A stretch of DNA of 64,000 bases from Lacrimispora sp. (GCF_036758025.1 NZ_DAIOXM010000002.1:211341-275340); one strand, 5' to 3'; counted from the first letter of the stretch, positions 43,315-52,169 are shown. Program-made: numbers and translations. Notes: generated by a model not told the origin, from the sequence alone.

Positions 43315-44352
43315 TTATTCCCCTTTCCTAAATAAATCCATTGGATTCATGGTTACCAGGATTGCACCTGCCACGATAATGATGGAGCCGACAATGATTG
43401 TAAGGGTCATTGGCTGTCCCAGGAACAAAATAGCAAAGAGCACGCCCCAGAATGCATAGGTTACGTTTAAGGACATACCGATAGCAACACCTACCATAGC
43501 ATTGGCCTTGTACCAGGTGAGGAAGGATACTGCTGCTCCCAGACCGGAAAGTGCCAGCCAGATAACAGGGGTCACTGCCGTAAGAGTTTCTCCCAGTAAT
43601 CCCATTCCGCCTACGATAGGAAGGATTACAAATAAACAAACCACACCGGAAATCAGCTGACGCAGATTAACGGTTACTTCAGATTCAAGCATGGCACCGC
43701 CGTAAGCAGAAGCTACTCCTTCAAGAGCCCAGCATACTGCTGCAATCAAAGCAAAAATAACACCGAGGGTGAAGTTCTGGGCGCCTTCCGGCTTGGTTAT
43801 ATTGATGATAATGGCTCCCGCCACGCACACCAGCATACCGACCATAACTCTTGGGGTAATTTTCTGTTTCAGGAAAATCCTTCCGAAAACAGCAGCAAAT
43901 AATGCTGTCAAAGCTGAAATCGGAATGGCATAAGCTCCTGCCAGTGAAATTCCAACCAGATAAGCACCATTTGCAATAGGACCTCCCAGAAGAGAGCCTA
44001 AAACGATGATCTTTCCGGGGAAAACATTCAGGCTTCGTCCCAGTTCAGGGAGACGTCCGTCTTTGGCGTTATAGATCGTCAGCCAGATTCCTGCTATCAG
44101 ATCGTTTAAACCTGTTGAGATATAAGGAACAATAAGAATGCCCGCCATGCCGCCAAAAGCAGCACCTGCCAGCGGTTCATATCCTCCTGCCACCATGGCA
44201 AGCACGGTAAATACTCCGTATGTAAAGCCGGAAATAATACCCATTGCAATTCCTATTTTGCGAAATTTTTTATTGACAGCCGCCATTTTTACACTTGCGG
44301 ATACAGGCGCTGCATTTGCACCTGGGGATACAGTGTTTGTCTGAGCACTCAT
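43315..44352 (-). CDS. DMT-superfamily 10-TM permease (candidate substrate importer)
   Basis: 345 aa, two similar halves of about 5 TM helices each, Gly/Ala-rich helices typical of EamA/GRP-like carriers. AAAGGAGAA RBS. Confidence 0.7.
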   Translation of the reverse strand: MSAQTNTVSPGANAAPVSASVKMAAVNKKFRKIGIAMGIISGFTYGVFTVLAMVAGGYEPLAGAAFGGMAGILIVPYISTGLNDLIAGIWLTIYNAKDGRLPELGRSLNVFPGKIIVLGSLLGGPIANGAYLVGISLAGAYAIPISALTALFAAVFGRIFLKQKITPRVMVGMLVCVAGAIIINITKPEGAQNFTLGVIFALIAAVCWALEGVASAYGGAMLESEVTVNLRQLISGVVCLFVILPIVGGMGLLGETLTAVTPVIWLALSGLGAAVSFLTWYKANAMVGVAIGMSLNVTYAFWGVLFAILFLGQPMTLTIIVGSIIIVAGAILVTMNPMDLFRKGE

Positions 44353-44355
44353 TCT

Positions 44356-44643
44356 TTATTCTCCTTTTTTCTCTTTTGGAAGAATAGTCTCTACCTCACC
44401 GTGAGGACGCGGGATTACGTGAACGGAAACCAGTTCACCCACTCTCTGAGCTGCAGCAGCGCCTGCGTCAGTAGCTGCCTTCACCGCACCTACGTCACCT
44501 CTTACCATAACGGTAACAAGGCCGCCGCCTACCAGCTCTTTTCCCAAGAGGGTAACGTTGGCCGCTTTTACCATTGCATCTGCAGCTTCGATAGAACCAA
44601 TCAGGCCCTTTGTCTCAATCATTCCCAATGCGTCATACTTCAT
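44356..44643 (-). CDS. BMC-H shell protein (PduA/EutM-like), first gene of the operon
   Basis: [36 protein letters not shown].... ATG at 44643 preceded by AAGGAGGAA. Confidence 0.95.
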   Translation of the reverse strand: MKYDALGMIETKGLIGSIEAADAMVKAANVTLLGKELVGGGLVTVMVRGDVGAVKAATDAGAAAAQRVGELVSVHVIPRPHGEVETILPKEKKGE

Positions 44644-44795
44644 GTTTTGTTTCCTCCTTAATTGAATACTGCACAAAATTCAGGTTTTTTGCTTCTTAAT
44701 TTTTTTCTCTACGTTCAGCTGAAACGTTTAGAAGACGCAGAGTCTGTTTAAATCTGACTAAATTTATTTTGATGCCTGCGCTTTTCTATGCATTT

Positions 44796-44827
44796 AGTAT
44801 AGCCCCTCCCCTTATAGGGAATGTCAA
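44796..44827 (-). promoter_or_regulatory. MerR-type promoter of the microcompartment operon (TTGACA-N20-TATACT)
   Basis: Minus strand reads TTGACA TTCCCTATAAGGGGAGGGGC TATACT. The overlong 20-bp spacer contains CCCT-N8-AGGG. Shares TTGACATTCCC(C)TATA with the promoter upstream of the merR-like gene. Confidence 0.6.
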
Positions 44828-44900
44828 TACATATTTAAACTTTTATTTTTCCTTAAAATTACAAAAAAAACAGGGAAGTTTTTTCCTTCCCTGCTCTCTG

Positions 44901-45731
44901 TTATTCTCTGTATATGGGTACGATTACCTCTGTTACGAACTTAGCCGGATTCTTGGTAGTCCAGTAATCCACCACGTAGCGCTCAAAGCTTTCCTCTCCG
45001 CAGCGGTACCCTCTCTTTTCCACCCAGTCCAGTATCTTTTCATACTCTTCGTCAATGGTTTCATGCTCTCCGATGTGATACACGGAAGCCGCCATAAACC
45101 CTCCGTACTCCTGACGGCTTAAGCTGTCCTTACAGGGATGAATGGGTTTTTGTATGATTTTGGCCCGTTTGCACTTTCCCTCCATCTTTTCCTTAAAGGA
45201 ATCAAACCGCAAAATAACCGCTCCGGTGATCTCATTTTCAGCTGATTCCAGATGATTGGTCCATTCGATGTTGACAATGGATTCCATGTAATTATAAGAA
45301 AAATCCTGCTCCATACCACAATAATTGACCGGCTGAACGTATTTTACGGAAACCTCATTTACCTCGTTTTCAAGGACCATCTTGGCTTCCTGTATCAGCT
45401 CGTACCACTCCTTAACAGACACATAGCTGTTGTGAATCTGCTGTTCCTGAATGCGAAGCTGGTCAATCTTACTGAGGAAGCTCTGTTCCACATAGTAATA
45501 CGCATTCCCATCCACCAGCCCCTGCATTTCCTCCAGCTTAAACCCCATCTGCTTGTAATACTTGACGATGGGAACCGTCAGAAGCGTCTTCTCATCATAA
45601 TACCTGTAATTATTCTCTTCGCAAATCGTATCGGGAGGTATAAGCCCGATCTTGTCATAAAAACGCAATGCTTTCGTTGAAATATTGCAGATTTTACTGA
45701 CTTCTCCAATTGAATATTTTTTCCCTTCCAT
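44901..45731 (-). CDS. MerR-family regulator with GyrI-like effector-binding domain
   Basis: YSIGEVSKICNISTKALRFYDKIGLI HTH, a coiled-coil linker, and a ~150-aa C-terminal domain of BmrR/GyrI-like length. Confidence 0.85.
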   Translation of the reverse strand: MEGKKYSIGEVSKICNISTKALRFYDKIGLIPPDTICEENNYRYYDEKTLLTVPIVKYYKQMGFKLEEMQGLVDGNAYYYVEQSFLSKIDQLRIQEQQIHNSYVSVKEWYELIQEAKMVLENEVNEVSVKYVQPVNYCGMEQDFSYNYMESIVNIEWTNHLESAENEITGAVILRFDSFKEKMEGKCKRAKIIQKPIHPCKDSLSRQEYGGFMAASVYHIGEHETIDEEYEKILDWVEKRGYRCGEESFERYVVDYWTTKNPAKFVTEVIVPIYRE

Positions 45732-45821
45732 GATAACCCCTTATCAATACATTACATGTCCAAATGGCTCCCTATACCCTTTTTATCACGAGAACTTTTT
45801 CACTGCCCCGTTAGTATGTTC

Positions 45822-45853
45822 AGTATAACCCTTACCGTATAGGGGAATGTCAA
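45822..45853 (-). promoter_or_regulatory. MerR-type promoter of the merR-like gene (TTGACA-N20-TATACT)
   Basis: Minus strand reads TTGACA TTCCCCTATACGGTAAGGGT TATACT. Same hexamers, same 20-bp spacing and same CCCT-N8-AGGG element as 44796..44827. Confidence 0.6.
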
Positions 45854-45913
45854 GATTAATTTATGCAATCTATTGTAAACAAAAAATACCCTGACGGGAA
45901 CCAGGAGAATCTC

Positions 45914-45951
45914 TAAAAAAACAGGCCCTCCCTTTAGGCGGAAGGACCTGT
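45914..45951 (-). terminator. Rho-independent terminator after thioredoxin
   Basis: 12-bp stem (ACAGGUCCUUCC / GGGAGGGCCUGU, two G-U pairs) followed by UUUUUUUA on the minus strand. Confidence 0.65.
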
Positions 45952-45968
45952 GATTTATGATGCAATTA

Positions 45969-46283
45969 TTATCTTACACGTTCAATCATTTCCAGAACTT
46001 CTTTCTTAGGTTTAACACCTACAGAAGTGGTCTTAGCTTCCCCATCCTTGAAAATGACAACAGTAGGAATGGTCATGACCCTAAACCGGCTTGCCAGTTC
46101 AGGCTGTTCATCCACATTCACCTTGCACACCTTTACATCAGGAAGATTCGCTTCTGCGATTTCATCCAGTACAGGGGCAAACATCTTACAAGGACCGCAC
46201 CAGGCTGCCCAGAAGTCCACTAAAGTAATGCCGCTGCTGATTTCTTTTTCAAAAGTCTCTGCTGTTAATGCTAATACTGCCAT
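45969..46283 (-). CDS. trxA: Thioredoxin
   Basis: WAAWCGPCK active site, 104 aa. ATG at 46283 preceded by GAAGGAGGAA. Confidence 0.92.
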   Translation of the reverse strand: MAVLALTAETFEKEISSGITLVDFWAAWCGPCKMFAPVLDEIAEANLPDVKVCKVNVDEQPELASRFRVMTIPTVVIFKDGEAKTTSVGVKPKKEVLEMIERVR

Positions 46284-46373
46284 ATTGTATTCCTCCTTCT
46301 GAATCTGACTTTTCGTATATCTGTCTTTTATAGTTTTATCACAATCTAGATATCTCATAACAACCTTACTGTT

Positions 46374-46402
46374 ATTATAAAAGTTACAGTTATATTTGTC
46401 AA
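46374..46402 (-). promoter_or_regulatory. Consensus sigma-A promoter upstream of thioredoxin
   Basis: Minus strand reads TTGACA, a 17-nt spacer, then TATAAT (exact consensus hexamers), about 90 nt upstream of the trx ATG. Confidence 0.55.
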
Positions 46403-46467
46403 TATCTTTTTGCTTTTGATTTTACAAAACGTTATGGAATTCTCATGTTTTCTTCCCATAGGGCCTG

Positions 46468-47016
46468 TTACAATAAATGTTCTATCAGCAGTTCAGACGG
46501 AGAAGGTATCACCTCGCTGTTGACCAGTAACCCTTTCTCAACAGTTATTGCCTGTCCTGACTCCATTCCTGCTTTTACAGCCGATACATCACCGGTGAAA
46601 ACAAAATAAGCTTTACCGCCTATACCATTCCCCAATCTTATTTCAATAGCTTCTAATACCGCTTCTTTCAGAATTGCGTCAGCAGCTATTATAATTGCAG
46701 GTGCGGCAAATGATTCTATTATCCCTATTGCCTGAATTCTTTCAGGCATAGTTGCACCGCTTATGGCAGGAAAAATACCTGGGTGAACATTGGGGATTAC
46801 AATGGAATCCACATAAAAGTCATCCGCTAATTCCACGCCAATCCCAATTGAATTTTCAACCGCATCAACATCACCATGGATGATTGCAATATACTTACCA
46901 GGACAGGCAGAACTGGCAGTTACGATTTCCACTGAAGAGGCTTTTACCATTTGATCCGCTACATACATACCACGTGCTATACTGGTAAACTCTATCATAC
47001 CAATTGCATTTGCCAT
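46468..47016 (-). CDS. pduT: PduT-type tandem-domain BMC-T shell protein
   Basis: Two BMC domains (AIGMIEFTSIARGM... and AIGIIESFAAPAII...). Conserved pore Cys in SSACPGKY, the equivalent of the PduT Fe-S ligand. Confidence 0.88.
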   Translation of the reverse strand: MANAIGMIEFTSIARGMYVADQMVKASSVEIVTASSACPGKYIAIIHGDVDAVENSIGIGVELADDFYVDSIVIPNVHPGIFPAISGATMPERIQAIGIIESFAAPAIIIAADAILKEAVLEAIEIRLGNGIGGKAYFVFTGDVSAVKAGMESGQAITVEKGLLVNSEVIPSPSELLIEHLL

Positions 47017-47017
47017 T

Positions 47018-48346
47018 TTATTTCCTCCTGATCGCAATATAATTTGGGGTTATCTCTTCGATTGTTCCATCAATACTTGAATGCACATTGGCTCCCAGGG
47101 CTCCTTCAGGGATTGCTGCAATCATTTGCCCTGCCAAAACACTGTCATTGACAGCAACGATAGGTTTTGATGGGGCTCCCACATGCTGTACCATGGAAAT
47201 CCGAACGTATTCCGGTGCCCATTCCATGTCAACCAAAGAAGCACTTTGATCAAAAGCATGAAGTCCTAATTTGTTTATCAGTCTTTTGCTGGGTACGGCT
47301 CTGAACTCTCTTACCTTGCGAGGCGTAAAAACATCAGTTTTTCTCTCATAGCGGTGTTTGATCTCATTGAGCCTGCCCATAAAGTACACATTGGCTGATT
47401 TAGGGTAAAGGCCTACCGGACATGCAAATAATTCACATACCCCGCACTGGCAGCAAAGCTGTGCCGTTTCCTGCAGAGTTACATCACTGCATCTGTACAG
47501 CATGCCTCTCATTGTCATATGAGGTTTTATGCTGTGGCCTAAAAGGTATCTTGGGCATAAGTCGGTACACATTCTGCACTGTTCACAAGTTGCCTGGTTA
47601 ATCCGCCTCATCTGATCCTCAGTTGCTGATTTCTTCTTTATCAGCGAATGGGTTTTCTTTAAAAGCACATATCCTTTGCTCTTTTTTGTTACATATCCAT
47701 TGATATCTGAGAGCACATTTCCCATCATAGGACCGCCGTCTATGACTGCGTAATCGTCCAGATTAGCAACACCGCTTTTTTCAAGAACCTGGCGAATAGA
47801 TATCCCTACAGGTACTTTACAGGTAAACCGTTCCGGCACATCACCTGCAACGGTAATATAGGTCTCAGTGACTGCTTTTCCGCTTATAGAGTTATAGATA
47901 TTTAATGCGGTTTCTGAATTGATAACCACACATCCCACATCTAATGGCAGACCTCTCTCCGGTACTATACGTCCGGTAACTTCGCAGACAAGCACTTGCT
48001 CATCTCCTGCAGGATACATATCCTTCAGCTCTGCTAACTCCATATAGTCTGAAAGTCCCAGTTGAATAATCGTATCTTTCAACTTTGTAATTAATGCTTT
48101 ATGCTTAAGTTTAACGCCAAGATAGGCTTTAGAAGCACCGACCAGCCGTCCGGCAGTTTCTAAGCCTTTGATTATTTCGGTGGAGTACACATCCATAATC
48201 TGTTGATCCACACGCAGTAATGGCTCACATTCCGCTCCATTTAAAATTATGTATTCCGCTTTGGCTTTAAGCTTTACGTGTGTAGGAAACCCCGCTCCCC
48301 CGGCCCCTATGATACCCGCATCTTTAATTTGCTGCAAAAGATCCAT
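47018..48346 (-). CDS. pduS: PduS-like flavin/Fe-S oxidoreductase (RnfC/NuoF-like)
   Basis: GAGGAGFPTHVKL nucleotide-binding motif and two 4Fe-4S motifs (CEQCRMCTDLCP, CCQCGVCELFACP). 442 aa. One-nt gap to pduT. Confidence 0.85.
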   Translation of the reverse strand: MDLLQQIKDAGIIGAGGAGFPTHVKLKAKAEYIILNGAECEPLLRVDQQIMDVYSTEIIKGLETAGRLVGASKAYLGVKLKHKALITKLKDTIIQLGLSDYMELAELKDMYPAGDEQVLVCEVTGRIVPERGLPLDVGCVVINSETALNIYNSISGKAVTETYITVAGDVPERFTCKVPVGISIRQVLEKSGVANLDDYAVIDGGPMMGNVLSDINGYVTKKSKGYVLLKKTHSLIKKKSATEDQMRRINQATCEQCRMCTDLCPRYLLGHSIKPHMTMRGMLYRCSDVTLQETAQLCCQCGVCELFACPVGLYPKSANVYFMGRLNEIKHRYERKTDVFTPRKVREFRAVPSKRLINKLGLHAFDQSASLVDMEWAPEYVRISMVQHVGAPSKPIVAVNDSVLAGQMIAAIPEGALGANVHSSIDGTIEEITPNYIAIRRK

Positions 48347-48720
48347 TCGTCCCCTCCTACTAAATACCGTTTTTCGTCAACTGCATCAAACACCCCATAT
48401 CTATAAAAATGCCATTACCGCCAAGCACTTTTATAGTTTTCTGATTGTTCAGCAATCTTAAAATACAGCAGCAAGCACTCTAAACGGCTAATTTAGGGAA
48501 CATTGTACATGGAACTCTTTTATTTGTCAACTTATTCAGAACTAAAAACGGATAATCCTAATGTTTTCAGAAATCTTTCTTTTTCTTCCCGTAATCTGTC
48601 TTCATCCCACTGTTCCTCTGAAAAAACTGCTTTTCGTATTCCAGCGCCTTTTTTCCGGTTCTTTCGCCCTGGCAGCTTCCCCTCAGTTTCACTTTTATGT
48701 AAAGTGCTTTTAAGACCAGG

Positions 48721-49503
48721 TCATTGCCACTTCTTATGCCATCTGGAAAGAATCTCTTCCAGGGACTGGGTCATCAGTCTCATAAAAGAACTTCCCCTTT
48801 TTTGCTTGTAAAAAAGCTGGGCATAATTTTCAGCCCGTTCCTTTTCCAACGGATGGTAATACCGTTCCGCCCTGCTTTGAAACATCTCCTCCAGTTCTTC
48901 ATCGTTAAGAGGGTGATACGTTTCTTCAAAGACTACAAAACGTTTCTCAAACCGGGGAGTATGGACCCGTTTGAAATTTTCCGGATAATAGCCCATGGGA
49001 AGAACCATCAGAGGCACCACCTGAGGCGGCAGATTGAGAAGCTTGGAAAGTTCCCCGTCACTGACCAGGGTTGAGCCGATGTAGCAGCTTCCGATTCCAA
49101 GGCTTTCCGCTGCGATGACCGCACTGTGAGCTGCAATCATAGTATCCTCAAATGCAAGCAAAAGGTCTGCCAGATCAAGCTGGCGAAAACCAATGCCTTC
49201 CGCCTCCGCATACTGCTCCACTCCATTTAACCGGCTGTACTTATCCCACTTGTACTGATCCGCCAGGAAAATCAGGAGCACCGGAGCACTGGCAATAAAT
49301 TTCTGATGATTGCACAATTCTGCAATCTGTTCTTTTCTCTCCTGATCCTCAACCTTCAAAATGGAATAAAGCATCTGGTTGCATGCGGTGGGAGAGCTTA
49401 TGGCCGCATTTAAGATCACTTCCATATCTTCTTCACGGATGGCCCGTTTATCGAAACGCCGCAGGGACACCCGATCCTTTAATAACTGAATCACACTATT
49501 CAT
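48721..49503 (-). CDS. Nitroreductase-family protein
   Basis: LLKDRVSLRRF N-terminus, SPTACNQM, and IGSCYIG blocks typical of the NADH oxidase/flavin reductase nitroreductase fold. Confidence 0.75.
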   Translation of the reverse strand: MNSVIQLLKDRVSLRRFDKRAIREEDMEVILNAAISSPTACNQMLYSILKVEDQERKEQIAELCNHQKFIASAPVLLIFLADQYKWDKYSRLNGVEQYAEAEGIGFRQLDLADLLLAFEDTMIAAHSAVIAAESLGIGSCYIGSTLVSDGELSKLLNLPPQVVPLMVLPMGYYPENFKRVHTPRFEKRFVVFEETYHPLNDEELEEMFQSRAERYYHPLEKERAENYAQLFYKQKRGSSFMRLMTQSLEEILSRWHKKWQ

Positions 49504-49915
49504 TTTTATCACCATCTAAGGGGATCATGAACACCCGCAAAGCCCTGAATGCTTTGCCGCTGCTGAGTCCCCCTCCATAAACGTAACCTCCTGCAACTGC
49601 ACAGGAAGCGTGGATGTGCACAAAAAGAGGACTGTCTTTATCCGGGTAAATGTCCTCCAAATCCGAATCCATATCTTCAATGGGCATAACTTCCCCAGTC
49701 ATACTGAGAATTTCAGCTGCCCCGCTGACAGGAGTCTTTCCGCAGCGCAGGGGAAGGTGATTCTGAATGGGAGTGGTAAACACCATATCAATGACGCTTC
49801 CTACCGCCCCCATGATATAAACGTTTTTCCAATTGTGGTCCAGGATGAAGTCTGTAATAACGGTTTTGATATCTTCTCCTTTTCCCACTGTAACCTCAAA
49901 TAAATTATATTTCAT
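49496..49915 (-). CDS. PPC (DUF296) domain protein
   Basis: MKYNLFEVTVGKGEDIKTVITDFI...GAVGSV...H.H matches the PPC-domain pattern. Start uncertain: 49915 has an AAAGGTGA RBS, 49939 is the alternative. Confidence 0.6.
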   Translation of the reverse strand: MKYNLFEVTVGKGEDIKTVITDFILDHNWKNVYIMGAVGSVIDMVFTTPIQNHLPLRCGKTPVSGAAEILSMTGEVMPIEDMDSDLEDIYPDKDSPLFVHIHASCAVAGGYVYGGGLSSGKAFRALRVFMIPLDGDKNE

Positions 49916-49931
49916 CTCACTTTTCACCTTT

Positions 49932-51134
49932 TCAGTCATATATATTCTCTTTGATTCCCAAAAAGTCCAGAGCGATCCCACACAAGGTCTGCATTCCTGT
50001 AGTCAGAGCTTTCCGGTCCACCGTAAATCTGCTGCTGTGAATGGGAGTGAATTCCTTTCCAGGCGTTCTGCATCCGATTCTCACAAACACTCCCGGATAC
50101 CGGTCCTTAATAAATGCAAAGTCCTCTGCTCCCATGGTGACGATATCCAGCATTTTTACGTGTTCTTCTCCTATGAGCTTTTCCATCACATTTCTGGTCC
50201 GCTCCACCCAGTCTTCATCATTATAAAATGGCGGCGGTCCCTCCAGAAGTGCCACCTCAGCCTCTCCCCTTCCAGCCCGTGCCACATGGCTGCATACATC
50301 GGTGATCCTTCCGATCAAATACTGCCTGGTTTCTTTTTTCAAGGCCCTTAAAGTTCCCTTCATACGGACTTTATTCGGGATCACGTTAAAGGCATCTCCG
50401 TCACTGTGAATGCTGCATATGGAAATGACTGCTGAATCCAAAGCGCTGACCTCTCTTGACACCAGGTTCTGAAGCTGGACTACAATGTCCGAAGCAATGA
50501 CAATGGGATCTACAGTGGTATAAGGATGGGCTCCATGTCCTCCCTTACCTGTTACAATAACCTCAAACTGGTCGGCGCTGGCAAGCATAACCCCTGATTT
50601 CAAGCCAATATCTCCGGCATAAAGGTCAGGCATCACATGGCAGGCCGCCACCCCTTCAATCTTCTCCAGATCAATTTCTTTTGTTTCTAAAAGCAGCTTT
50701 GCCCCGCCTAAAGTTTCCTCAGCAGGCTGGAAAAAGAAGTAGAGATTTCCGGAAAAATCCCTTTTATAATTCTTCAGAACCCGCAATGCTCCCAGCAAAA
50801 CAGCCGTGTGGGCATCGTGGCCGCAGGCGTGCATGGTTCCGTCTTTTTTACTTCTGGGAGCATGGAAAATGTCTTCCTGAACAGGAAGTGCATCCATGTC
50901 TCCTCTTAACAAAAAATGATGCTCCGATCCCTCTTTTTCCCCTTTTAAAATTGCCACCATCCCTGTACTTCCGATGGATTTGATCTCATCACAATCAGAA
51001 TGTTTCAAAAGCTCTTCTCTGATGAGACGGCTGGTATCATGCTCCTCCATCCCCAGTTCCGGGTTTTCATGGATCTGTTTATACACCTGATAAATGGACT
51101 CTTCAATTTCTGATATTAATGTTGTTATATTCAT
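49932..51134 (-). CDS. M20D-family amidohydrolase (aminoacylase / hippurate hydrolase-like)
   Basis: IHENPELGMEE, LRGDMDALP, HACGHD, FQPAEE and GGHGA motifs. 400 aa. Confidence 0.85.
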   Translation of the reverse strand: MNITTLISEIEESIYQVYKQIHENPELGMEEHDTSRLIREELLKHSDCDEIKSIGSTGMVAILKGEKEGSEHHFLLRGDMDALPVQEDIFHAPRSKKDGTMHACGHDAHTAVLLGALRVLKNYKRDFSGNLYFFFQPAEETLGGAKLLLETKEIDLEKIEGVAACHVMPDLYAGDIGLKSGVMLASADQFEVIVTGKGGHGAHPYTTVDPIVIASDIVVQLQNLVSREVSALDSAVISICSIHSDGDAFNVIPNKVRMKGTLRALKKETRQYLIGRITDVCSHVARAGRGEAEVALLEGPPPFYNDEDWVERTRNVMEKLIGEEHVKMLDIVTMGAEDFAFIKDRYPGVFVRIGCRTPGKEFTPIHSSRFTVDRKALTTGMQTLCGIALDFLGIKENIYD

Positions 51135-51195
51135 TTCCTATCCTCACGTGCAAGAAAAGCGGACTCATAAAGAATCCGCCCTTCACTAAAGTTTC

Positions 51196-52134
51196 TTATT
51201 GTAAATAGTCCGGCAGGATCCAGAAGGAGCTTTCACCCTTCATAAATTCCCTGAACTCTTCTGATTTATATGCTGCAATAACATCCTGAACCCAGGTCTC
51301 ATCTTTGTGGGGACCATTTACCACAAACTGCATACGGTTGTCAGGAAGGATATCTTCCTGGGACTCTGCTGCCAGAGCTGTTCCGAAATCAATTCCTGCA
51401 TTGTAAGCGTCAGAACCTCTTAATATAATGTAAGCAAAGTCTGTTCTCACACCAGCGATAGTTCCGCCCTTCATTTCCACAAACTCCAGGTTGTGGGGAT
51501 TTTCCTTAACATCAGCAGTGGTGTACTGGGTGGGTTCAACACCTTCATTCATGACAATAAATCCAATCTCGCTTAAAAGCTGTAATGAACGGGCTTCATT
51601 AGAAGCATCATTTGGAAAAGCGATCTTGTCTCCATCGGCAACGGCTTCAAGAGAATCCTTTGTGCCGCTGTAAATACCTGTAGGCACCGTAGGAATAGCC
51701 AGCACCGGAGCCAGCTCTGTTCCCTGGTCCTTGTTAAAGCTTTCCACAAAAGCGGTGTGGGAATCTATGTGCATATCAATTTCATCCTCGCTTAAGGCTA
51801 TTTCTCTCTGAATGGAGTCTGTAATCTCCACAGGGGTAAAGGTATATCCTATCTTTTCCAGAATCGGGATAATTCCTGCTTCAAAAAGGTCGCTGGTGGC
51901 GGTAGGCATGCGTCTGTATTTGATTTCCGGATGATCCTTGGCCCCGCTTGTGGCCCCTGAGGTACCGTCTGTTTCAGCAGCCTGGGCTGCTGTGGTGCCT
52001 TCTGCTGTTGTAGTTCCTGCTGTGGTGGTTTCTGCGGCCGTGGATTTTCCGCTGTCAGCAGAGCAGCCGGTTAAGGCAGCTGCAAAAATGGCTCCTGCGG
52101 TAATAGTAAGTATTGTTTTTTGTATTCTTTTCAT
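51196..52134 (-). CDS. metQ: MetQ/NlpA-family substrate-binding lipoprotein
   Basis: LTGCS lipobox, Thr/Ala/Gly-rich linker, NlpA-type body. ATG at 52134 preceded by GAGGAGAA. Confidence 0.75.
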   Translation of the reverse strand: MKRIQKTILTITAGAIFAAALTGCSADSGKSTAAETTTAGTTTAEGTTAAQAAETDGTSGATSGAKDHPEIKYRRMPTATSDLFEAGIIPILEKIGYTFTPVEITDSIQREIALSEDEIDMHIDSHTAFVESFNKDQGTELAPVLAIPTVPTGIYSGTKDSLEAVADGDKIAFPNDASNEARSLQLLSEIGFIVMNEGVEPTQYTTADVKENPHNLEFVEMKGGTIAGVRTDFAYIILRGSDAYNAGIDFGTALAAESQEDILPDNRMQFVVNGPHKDETWVQDVIAAYKSEEFREFMKGESSFWILPDYLQ

Positions 52135-52169
52135 ATGTTTTCTCCTCATTTTGAACCTTGATTTTAGAT

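Noticed and set aside
29603-44643. Near-identical BMC-H proteins at the two ends of the operon (29603..29884 and 44356..44643), considered as a recent duplication or as recombination-prone flanking repeats.
   Set aside because: At the DNA level the two copies differ at many synonymous positions (by eye roughly one in five). They are old paralogs under purifying selection rather than a recent repeat.
48477-48509. A third MerR-type promoter upstream of pduS (TGTACA-N21-TAGAGT with TTCCCTAAA).
   Set aside because: The hexamers are weak, the spacing differs by one, and the dyad is incomplete. It is mentioned only as a site to test within the MerR finding and is not annotated as a feature.
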